Program-made: the position numbers and the translations under genes
Source of the DNA: Candidatus Levyibacteriota bacterium
GTDB taxonomy: Bacteria > Patescibacteriota > Microgenomatia > Levybacterales > UBA12049
Assembly (NCBI GenBank): GCA_016182185.1
Contig: JACOXU010000002.1
Span: 86,874 to 150,873, forward strand
Length of the DNA stretch: 64,000 nt
Reading direction: 5' to 3'
Part shown: positions 21,168 to 29,136 of the stretch, piece after piece
Layout of the letters: each line of letters starts with the position of its first letter
Numbering within the stretch: position 1 is the first letter of the stretch
Notes under the pieces: model-generated
Databases searched by the model: none
What the model was told of the DNA's origin: nothing
The model's input: only the letters and a program-made list of their open reading frames with translations

Positions 21168-21223
21168 AACTTCCTCCGTATTCTTCGCTTGCGCGAAGCT
21201 AAATCCAGGTTGGTTATTCGGTT

Positions 21224-21369
21224 TTAGCCTGAGATCAGTGCTAGTACGAAGAGGGCGATTAGGATCAAGGTAGCCAAGGAATATACGAGTCCAGCCATAT
21301 GCGTTAGAATCGTAGCCTCGCTGTCAAGATCGTTATACCACTCGTACAAAGCACAACAGGTCTTAACAT
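21224..21369 (-). pseudogene. first ORF of the unit, small TM protein apparently frameshifted near its start
   Basis: The SD+ATG at 21369 is out of frame with ...LYEWYNDLDSEATILTHMAGLVYSLATLILIALFVLALISG*; could instead start at an internal TTG/ATG. Confidence 0.4.
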
Positions 21370-21518
21370 GTTTAACCCCCTTTAGGTTAATTAATTAGGG
21401 TTGATTTATCCGCCTGACTTTACCCTTCGGCCTTATCTCGCCAATTGGCGGATTCGGCTCAGGGAGCAGTCTTTGGCGGATTTCGTCACGCATAAATGCG
21501 TAACTTTATCTGCATACC

Positions 21519-21530
21519 TTGTTAAAGTGC
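21519..21530 (-). promoter_or_regulatory. boxA-like antitermination motif
   Basis: GCACTTTAACAA versus the boxA consensus GCTCTTTAACA. Confidence 0.5.
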
Positions 21531-21661
21531 GTCTCATAAAGAGAGTGGTCCTTGCGGATCAAACTCCTTAAGAGCGTACTGTTTCGCATCCGCCTCCGCT
21601 AAAGCTTCGGCGAGACAAACAAAATACCCGCAAAATGGGTACAAGGCGAAAAAGTTCAAGA

Positions 21662-21690
21662 ATTCTATCAAATATTATAGGCTTTGTCAA
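21662..21690 (-). promoter_or_regulatory. near-consensus sigma70 promoter of the GC-rich unit
   Basis: TTGACA-17 bp-TAGAAT. Confidence 0.75.
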
Positions 21691-21883
21691 CTTAAATGAG
21701 TTCAAATCCCATTTTATTTTCTTATAGGATTTATTAGTGAAATTTATTTAAGATAGTTGTAAAAGTTAGGTAAAAGATTTAAGATTTAAGAAGTATAAAT
21801 TTAAATTCTAAATTCGAAATTCTAAACTCTAAATAAATTACAAATTCAAAATCTTAAAATAATAAACAAATTATAATTTAACC

Positions 21884-24052
21884 ATGAAGAATCAATTTGA
21901 TCGGGTTTTATTGGAAATCAAAACTTCAAGGACAGGGGAGGAAACTCCTGAGGCAATGGTCCAGTTTCTCTCAAGTCTTATCGGGCTTAAGAAACGTTAT
22001 TTAAATCTTATTTCATTTGCAATTCCGATCACACTTGAAATCGGAGTAATTGATCAGACAATTCATTTTTATATCTCTGCCCCAGCCACTCTTGCTACTT
22101 TTATAGAATCCCAGCTTGTTTCCCAGTATCCCAAGGCCTTGATAACCAAAACCCGTGATCCCTTGCCGGAAATGTTGTCAAATTCTTCATTGCTTGCGCT
22201 GGCTCAAATGAAACTTTCCTCAGGATTTATTTATCCAATCAAAACCTACAAAGATTTTAAAGATGTTGATCCGATGTCCTCAATCCTTTCTGTCCTTTCA
22301 AAAGCTCAGAAAGAAGACAAGGCTTGGATTCAACTAGTTCTTGTTCCGGTAGGGAATTCCTGGCAGGGAAAAGGCGAAAGAATAGCAACTGTCAAGAACA
22401 AAGACTCAGCCGGAGTAACTCACACCAATCCATATTCGAAGGTAATTATGGAAAAGATTAGCCTGAATGGCTTCAAAACTGCCATAAGGCTTGCTGTTTC
22501 TTCACATTCCAAAGAGAGAAGACTGCAGCTTCTTTACGAAATGGCCAATAGCTTCTCGTCCTTTAATAATCCTTCCGGAAACAGCCTTGGTTTCAGGCGT
22601 GTGCTTCTTTGGCAAAGAAGTAGGCTTATAAATGGAATGATCAAGAGAAATAAAAGATTTATTCCCTCCAGCCAAATTCTAAATGTAGGAGAGATCGCCA
22701 CTTTTTTCCATTTTCCGACTCAAAAATTCGCAACTCTTCATAATATTTCCTGGCACAAAACCATACTTTCCGAGCCTCCGCAAAATCTTCCGGTTGCAGA
22801 ATACTTGAGTCCTGAAGAGAAGGAAGAAACCAATTTTTTTGCGGCAACAGAATTCAAAAATAAAATTACAAATTTCGGAATAAAAACGACAGACCGAAGA
22901 AAGCATTTTTATATCATCGGAAAGACCGGAACCGGAAAATCGACTCTTATCGCGAATATGGGAATAAATGATATAAGAAATAAAAAGGGAGTTTGTATTA
23001 TAGATCCGCATGGAGATTTATGCGAGATTATCTTAAACTATATCCCATCCTACAGAGTGAATGATGTAGTTTATCTTGATCCGGCTGATGCTGCTCATCC
23101 TTTTTCATTAAATCCTCTTACGGTTGATAACCCCGAACAAAAGGAGCTGGTTGTCTCAGGAATTGTTGCCATCTTTCATAAACTTTATGGTCACACTTGG
23201 GGTCCGAGACTTGAGTATATCTTAAGAAACGCCCTTTTGTCAGTCATTAGTCTTCCTGATGCCACACTTCTTATGGTCCAGGATATTTTGACAGATGATG
23301 CTTTCAGAAGAAGAGTGATTGAAAGACTGACAGACAGGGTTCTTCGAAACTATTGGGTGAATGAATTCGAGAACATGCATCCTAGGATAAAAAGCGAATC
23401 AATTTCTCCGATCTTAAACAAAGTCGGGCAGTTTACTTCATCGCGTCTTATGCGAAATATTATTAAAAATCCACGGTCTACTGTAAATCTTGAGAAAATA
23501 ATGAACGAGGGGAAAATCGTGATTATGAATTTGTCCCAAGGAAGAATAGGGGAGGATAATGCCGCACTTTTGGGTGCCATGACAATCACCAAAATTCAGC
23601 TTGCGGCCATGAATAGAGTTTCAATGCCTGAGGCAGAGAGGAAGGATTTTTACCTCTACGTAGATGAGTTTCAAAATTTTGCCACAACCAGCTTTATTAA
23701 AATATTATCTGAAGCCCGCAAATACCGGCTTAACTTAATTCTGGCCAATCAGTATATATCTCAAGTGCCTGAAGATGTCAGAGCCGCAATATTTGGAAAT
23801 GTGGGAACGATGATGTCTTTTATAATCGGCGCTCAGGACAGTACCTATGTGGGTAAAGAATTTGGAGAAAGATTCAAAGCAGAAGATCTATTGCTGCTTA
23901 ATAACTATCAGGCAATTATCAAGCTTTCAATTGACGGAATCACCCAATCGCCGTTTTTGTGCAATACATTACCACTTCCCAAAAGTATTACTCAAAATAG
24001 GGAAAAGGTTATAAGATTATCTAGGGAGAAGTACACGAAACCCGTAGGGTAA
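21884..24052 (+). CDS. T4SS coupling protein-like / HerA-FtsK superfamily ATPase (TraG/VirD4/DUF87-like)
   Basis: H.YIIGKTGTGKST, IIDPHGD, YVDEFQNF, EARKYRL..ILANQ. Confidence 0.88.
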   Translation: MKNQFDRVLLEIKTSRTGEETPEAMVQFLSSLIGLKKRYLNLISFAIPITLEIGVIDQTIHFYISAPATLATFIESQLVSQYPKALITKTRDPLPEMLSNSSLLALAQMKLSSGFIYPIKTYKDFKDVDPMSSILSVLSKAQKEDKAWIQLVLVPVGNSWQGKGERIATVKNKDSAGVTHTNPYSKVIMEKISLNGFKTAIRLAVSSHSKERRLQLLYEMANSFSSFNNPSGNSLGFRRVLLWQRSRLINGMIKRNKRFIPSSQILNVGEIATFFHFPTQKFATLHNISWHKTILSEPPQNLPVAEYLSPEEKEETNFFAATEFKNKITNFGIKTTDRRKHFYIIGKTGTGKSTLIANMGINDIRNKKGVCIIDPHGDLCEIILNYIPSYRVNDVVYLDPADAAHPFSLNPLTVDNPEQKELVVSGIVAIFHKLYGHTWGPRLEYILRNALLSVISLPDATLLMVQDILTDDAFRRRVIERLTDRVLRNYWVNEFENMHPRIKSESISPILNKVGQFTSSRLMRNIIKNPRSTVNLEKIMNEGKIVIMNLSQGRIGEDNAALLGAMTITKIQLAAMNRVSMPEAERKDFYLYVDEFQNFATTSFIKILSEARKYRLNLILANQYISQVPEDVRAAIFGNVGTMMSFIIGAQDSTYVGKEFGERFKAEDLLLLNNYQAIIKLSIDGITQSPFLCNTLPLPKSITQNREKVIRLSREKYTKPVG

Positions 24053-24144
24053 ATTACAAATCTAAAATTACAAATTCCAAGCCTTTAGAATTTTGTATTT
24101 TGATTTTTGAATTTATTCGGAGCTTGAGATTTTGAAATTGGTGC

Positions 24145-24828
24145 TTACTTTGAAGCTCTCTTTCTGAGGTAAAATCCTAATGCTCCTGATGGGATAAGTC
24201 CCAAGAGCCCAAGCATCTCAGGTCCGGTTGCCGGAGCCTTAGTTACCGGCTGAGATGGAAAGACTTTTAATCCTCCCTTGGTAGTAACTTCTCCGAGAAC
24301 AGGCTTTTCAATACAAAATTGAGCATTGTCAGAGCTTTCCTGACCGTTATTATTTGCAGTTGATTGATTTACAACGCAAGTTATTCCTTGAGAAAATTTG
24401 TCTTGGGTCTGAGTCTTACCAACAACTGTAAATGTTCTTGATTCTCCGGCTTTTAAGTCTCCAACCTCAAAAGTAAGAGTTTTGGAATTTGAGTCAAAAT
24501 TTCCCGTTCCTGAAACAAAATCAACAAATTGAGGAAGAATATCTTTTACTGTAACTTTTGAAATAGTATTTCCTCCATTGTTGGTGACAGTAATTTGGAA
24601 GGTTACATTTGACGAAGGAGAGTGTTTTGGATCATTTACTCCAAGATTGTCGACAAATGATCCTGTCTGGGGATTTTGGACTGTTTTGTTAATAAAGACA
24701 TTGCCAACCTGAATACAGGTTTCTCCACCACCATAAATTGGCTGACACGATACATCAGCATTTGCTGAAACACTCATTGCCATAAATAGCACTGAAGACA
24801 AAAATAAAGATGAAATGATTTTCTTCAT
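24145..24828 (-). CDS. secreted DUF11-like protein with a sortase-type signal (APATG)
   Basis: Signal peptide, VTFQITVTN.G..V.VKD.LP, LKAGESRT; PATG + TM + RKR. Confidence 0.8.
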   Translation of the reverse strand: MKKIISSLFLSSVLFMAMSVSANADVSCQPIYGGGETCIQVGNVFINKTVQNPQTGSFVDNLGVNDPKHSPSSNVTFQITVTNNGGNTISKVTVKDILPQFVDFVSGTGNFDSNSKTLTFEVGDLKAGESRTFTVVGKTQTQDKFSQGITCVVNQSTANNNGQESSDNAQFCIEKPVLGEVTTKGGLKVFPSQPVTKAPATGPEMLGLLGLIPSGALGFYLRKRASK

Positions 24829-25222
24829 ATTTCGACTTTGCTCAATATCCAGATATTAAAAATGATACTGAAAACTTTATCAAGTTGGGCAGTATCATTA
24901 AGATAGCCCGAAGAATATCATATATTATAGGTTATGTCAAGTGTCCCATTTTTAGTTCTTGACCCCACATCATTTTCCTTTCGCCTTTTCAATTCTTTTC
25001 GAATACGGCTCAAGGGGCATAAGATCGAGGGGTCTGCGAGGCAAGTGCCTCTTGACAAAGGAATAGGGATGTGGTGTAATACACTTGGTTTAAATATTTC
25101 CTTCTTGGAAAGAATCCCGCTTAAGAATAACTTTCACGGATCCATGTTTAAGAGTCTTATTTAGCATCACGCTTATACAATTATTAAATTAATCTCTTTC
25201 TCTTTCCAAGCATTTTAAAGAT

Positions 25223-26476
25223 ATGCCAGTCAGAAAATCTACAATTTCCAAAAAGCCTACGGTTACTGATATTGTCGGTGAACCGGAGCTAACCAAAGTA
25301 AAAGCTCAGACAATTGAGGAGCCTCAGTCTGTCGAACCAGCTGTGCCTCAGATTAGAGTCGAACCTTCCGTACAGACCCAAGAAGTCTCAGGAATTTTAG
25401 ATATTCAGCCTGAAGGACACGGATTTTTACGTCCGAAGTTTATCCCATCAACGCGGGACGTGTATATTTCCCAATCTCAGATTAGAAGATTTCTTTTGCG
25501 ACCGGGTGATTTAGTCGAAGGAGTCGGCCGGCCTCCCAAGGATACAGAAAGATATTTTGGGCTTTTGAAAGTTGAGAAAGTGAACAACGTCCCCGCTGAC
25601 GATTCTATGAGGAGACCTTATTTTGATGACCTTACTCCGATTTATCCTAAGAAACAGGTTGTCTTAACGACAGGAAAAACCCCTCTCTCGACAAGGATCA
25701 TAGATTTGGTAGCTCCAATCGGATTTGGGCAAAGAGGAATGATCGTCTCGCCCCCTAAGGCGGGAAAAACAACAATTCTCAAGGAATTAGCAGCCGGAAT
25801 TTCCCAGAATTTTCCCAAGGCACACCTTATGGCAGCTCTCATCGGAGAAAGACCAGAGGAGGTAACTGACATAAGCACTTCAGTTAAGGGAGATGTAGTT
25901 GCTTCAAACTTTGATGAACCGCCTGAAAAACAGACGAAGGTGGCAGAAATAACTTTGGATCGGGCAAAGCGTTTGGTTGAACAAGGAATTGATGTAATCA
26001 TCCTTCTTGATTCAATTACCCGTTTGGCTCGAGCATATAATCTTTCAGTTGCGCCGTCCGGAAGAACTTTGTCCGGTGGTTTTGATCCTGCGGCTCTTTG
26101 GCCCGCCAAACGTTTCTTCGGCGCAGCAAGAAGCTGTAAAGAAGGAGGATCCCTAACTATTATAGGAACTGCACTCGTTGATACAGGTTCACGCATGGAC
26201 GATTTAATTTATGAAGAATTTAAAGGTACCGGAAACATGGAGCTGCACCTCGACAGAAAACTCTCAGACAGAAGAATTTTCCCAAGCATAGATGTAGAGC
26301 GTTCTGGGACAAGACAGGAAGAGCTTATTCTCCCTGAGATAGAGCTTAAGAAGGTTGTTACCATGCGAAGAATGCTTGATATGTTATCTCCTGAGGAAAG
26401 AACGAGTGCCTTAATTGATCGCTTGGCAAAAACAGAAACCAACGAAGCCTTCCTCTTATCTCTAGGAAAGGGATAA
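25223..26476 (+). CDS. rho: transcription termination factor Rho
   Basis: GFLR, DVYISQSQIRRF.LR.GD, PPKAGKT, LDSITRLARAYN, EFKGTGNME. Confidence 0.98.
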   Translation: MPVRKSTISKKPTVTDIVGEPELTKVKAQTIEEPQSVEPAVPQIRVEPSVQTQEVSGILDIQPEGHGFLRPKFIPSTRDVYISQSQIRRFLLRPGDLVEGVGRPPKDTERYFGLLKVEKVNNVPADDSMRRPYFDDLTPIYPKKQVVLTTGKTPLSTRIIDLVAPIGFGQRGMIVSPPKAGKTTILKELAAGISQNFPKAHLMAALIGERPEEVTDISTSVKGDVVASNFDEPPEKQTKVAEITLDRAKRLVEQGIDVIILLDSITRLARAYNLSVAPSGRTLSGGFDPAALWPAKRFFGAARSCKEGGSLTIIGTALVDTGSRMDDLIYEEFKGTGNMELHLDRKLSDRRIFPSIDVERSGTRQEELILPEIELKKVVTMRRMLDMLSPEERTSALIDRLAKTETNEAFLLSLGKG

Positions 26477-26529
26477 AACGCCTTGGGTTGACAGATCAGT
26501 TTTAATCTGTTAACCTTTTTATTTGAGCT

Positions 26530-27648
26530 ATGCGCAAGAACCGTCTTTCGTACTTTTTTTGGACATTTTTCCCTCAATTCATATCTGAATTTATCATTTT
26601 CTTCCGCTTTCTACTCTCTTATCTTAAGAAAAAAATTATTACTTGGTACATTTTCTTTGAAAGGAACAAGAATATTCTGGTTAAGTTTTTTACAATGAAA
26701 AGAGGCCGTTACAATCGGTCTTTTTTGCATTTTTCAGCCGCCGGTGTATTGGGCATTGGAATAATTTTGGCTCCCTTTCTGGCGAGTACCTATCCGGTTT
26801 TTTCGACCAATGCATCAGTCAAAATAGATTCCCCGTCAACAAGTCAATCAATTATAGTTGGGGAGAACTCGCTTCAGACTGAAATTTCTGAGAAGCCAAG
26901 AGATAAGATTATAATTTACACTGTTCAAAAGGGAGATACCGTATCGACAATTGCCCAGAAATTCGGAATATCAGCCAATACTGTACGTTGGGAAAATGGT
27001 CTTTCAAATGACAATCTTTCTGTCGGAGATGAATTAAGGATACTGCCAGTAACAGGAATTGCTCACAAGGTAGTAAAAGGTGATACAGTTTATTCTATTG
27101 CGAAGAAGTTTGATACAGAAGCCCAGAGGATCGCAGACTTTCCCTTTAATGATTTTGCCAATCCTGAAACTTTCTCACTCGTCGCAGGGCAGATTCTTAT
27201 CGTTCCTGATGGTGTAAAGCCCTCTGAACAGCCATACATTAAACGACAAGTATATATTGCCCAAGGTCCTGTATCTGTGTCTTCAGCCGGATTCACATGG
27301 CCGGTCCGCGGAGTTGTCAGTCAGTTTGCCACATGGTATCACATGGCAATCGATATCTTGTCTCCCATTGGAACGCCAATTGTTGCCGCACAAGACGGGG
27401 TAGTTTCAAGAACAAGTGTAGGCACTTGGGATGGAGGGTATGGAACAAGTGTTTATATCTCAGGCGACACATATGGATCTCATTACGCACACATGAGCGC
27501 TGTAAATGTATCTGCCGGGGATAAAGTTGCGGCAGGAAAGACAGTTATTGGTTGGATAGGAATGACTGGAAGAACAACCGGTGCTCATGTACATTTCGAG
27601 ATCTCCCGAAACGGAACTTTGATCAATCCTCTTCCGTTCCTTCAGTAG
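26530..27648 (+). CDS. LysM-containing M23 family peptidase
   Basis: Two LysM repeats; H.AID and HVHFE zinc motifs. Confidence 0.92.
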   Translation: MRKNRLSYFFWTFFPQFISEFIIFFRFLLSYLKKKIITWYIFFERNKNILVKFFTMKRGRYNRSFLHFSAAGVLGIGIILAPFLASTYPVFSTNASVKIDSPSTSQSIIVGENSLQTEISEKPRDKIIIYTVQKGDTVSTIAQKFGISANTVRWENGLSNDNLSVGDELRILPVTGIAHKVVKGDTVYSIAKKFDTEAQRIADFPFNDFANPETFSLVAGQILIVPDGVKPSEQPYIKRQVYIAQGPVSVSSAGFTWPVRGVVSQFATWYHMAIDILSPIGTPIVAAQDGVVSRTSVGTWDGGYGTSVYISGDTYGSHYAHMSAVNVSAGDKVAAGKTVIGWIGMTGRTTGAHVHFEISRNGTLINPLPFLQ

Positions 27649-28342
27649 GCAATCTTTGATTTTGGCCAATAAGTTGATCAATCGTTGTTCGATCGTCGAT
27701 ATGAAATGAACTTCTTATTCTCTGCAAGAAACTTATTAAATCGTTTCTTGACTCTCTATGACCTGAGCTTGTTCTTTCCAAATTGGACAATATAGAGCTG
27801 AGGGTTTCAAGATTGTCGACGAAATTCCTTTTCCGAACTTGAGGATTAAAACTTGTTATTAATTCGTAGTAAGGATCAAGGTCAGTTAAGTAAATTTTAT
27901 CCGCAGGATCTTTCTTGGTATGTCCATAGGAAAAATCATCGTCATTTAAATCATATATAAGGAATCCGCCATTTTCGAAGATATCTGTATGATATTCAAG
28001 GAGAAGAGAGAAGAATTTCCTTGCTTCTTTTTCTTCAATACTTGCTTCGCTCAAGCATTTGCCTTCGACCTTTTCAGCAATTGTAAATGCTGAAATCTGT
28101 CCGTTCTCATCTAATCCGACAACAGCACTAAAAGGTACGACTGCAATTCCGTAATCGTTTTCAAGATTTTGGAACAAGGCCATTGCAATATCAATTTCAT
28201 ACAGCGGATAACCTTTTATAGTTTCAAATGGTCCTTTTCTAACGACAAAACTTCTGTTATTACCGAATGTATAGAGAGTTTCGGAATCGGAGAAGGGTAT
28301 TAAAGATTCTTTAAATGGAGTCTGTCCAGCAATTTCTTTCAT
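27623..28342 (-). CDS. hypothetical protein, possible kinase-like fold
   Basis: Start moved to 28342 because the longer ORF overlaps a tRNA; EKVEG...YDLNDDDF...IYLTDLD resembles kinase subdomains. Confidence 0.65.
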   Translation of the reverse strand: MKEIAGQTPFKESLIPFSDSETLYTFGNNRSFVVRKGPFETIKGYPLYEIDIAMALFQNLENDYGIAVVPFSAVVGLDENGQISAFTIAEKVEGKCLSEASIEEKEARKFFSLLLEYHTDIFENGGFLIYDLNDDDFSYGHTKKDPADKIYLTDLDPYYELITSFNPQVRKRNFVDNLETLSSILSNLERTSSGHRESRNDLISFLQRIRSSFHIDDRTTIDQLIGQNQRLPTEGTEED

Positions 28343-28395
28343 GGAGGAGATATTATACAAAAGCAGGGGAGAAGTATCAACTATAGGACAATTTG

Positions 28396-28467
28396 TGGAC
28401 CGGAAGAGATTCGAACTCTCAACCCCCTCCATGCCATGGAGGTGCGCTACCGTTACGCTACCGGCCC
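28396..28467 (-). tRNA. tRNA-Ala(GGC)
   Basis: Acceptor GGGCCGG/CCGGTCC; anticodon arm CCTCC-AT GGC AT-GGAGG. Confidence 0.94.
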
Positions 28468-28470
28468 TTG

Positions 28471-28541
28471 TGGACTTGCCGAGAATCGAACTCGGAACTC
28501 GGTCATGCGAAGACCACGGTATACCATTTACCTACAAGCCC
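28471..28541 (-). tRNA. tRNA-Ala(CGC)
   Basis: Acceptor GGGCTTG/CAAGTCC (G3:U70); anticodon loop TT CGC AT. Confidence 0.92.
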
Positions 28542-28775
28542 GTTCATGCTTATCATTTTAACAGAAAACGTTGTCTATGAAAATACTTCTACTTGCTATT
28601 TTGCCTTTGACCATCTATAATCAGGGAAGTTGAGACAGTCTTCACTTCTCTCTGAAGTTTAGCGGGAGAAAATAGAAATTGCTCACAGAGAAAATAAATG
28701 AAAATAGATTTTCAGAGAGGAGGTGACCACTAATTCCAGTTCAAGCTTATGATAAAGCTTGAATAAGAAACTTAA

Positions 28776-29060
28776 ATGGCCTTTCAAGATCAAACATTAA
28801 CTTGTAAAGATTGCGGTAAAGAATTTGTCTGGACTGCTTCTGAGCAAGAATTTTATCAGCAAAAAGGATTTGAAAATGCTCCAGTCAGGTGCCCTGAATG
28901 CCGAAGTTTGAAAAAAGCAAGAATGGGGGGAGGACGAGGAGGACAGAGACAACTTTTTGAAATTACCTGTTCACAATGTGGAAGAAAAGATACAGTTCCT
29001 TTTCAACCAAGAGGAGACAGACCGGTACTTTGTAGAGATTGTTTTCGAAAGAAGCAATAA
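28776..29060 (+). CDS. zinc-ribbon plus CxxC-x17-CxxC domain protein
   Basis: CKDCG.EF..TA.EQ.FY..KG..P.RCPECR and CSQCG..VPF.P..DRPV.CRDCF. Confidence 0.92.
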   Translation: MAFQDQTLTCKDCGKEFVWTASEQEFYQQKGFENAPVRCPECRSLKKARMGGGRGGQRQLFEITCSQCGRKDTVPFQPRGDRPVLCRDCFRKKQ

Positions 29061-29136
29061 ACTCCTTCTTAAATAAATCCCATATAACTTAGAAATTATA
29101 TTAGTAATTAATTATCTTTCTATTGTTTTAAAGGCT

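Noticed and set aside
15950-21690. Prophage, integron or ICE interpretation of the GC-rich unit
   Set aside because: No integrase, structural genes, att direct repeats or canonical attC cores are visible. Simple horizontal transfer is not excluded.
28341-28620. ORFs at 28341-28620 and the extended start of 27623..28432
   Set aside because: They overlap two tRNA-Ala genes.
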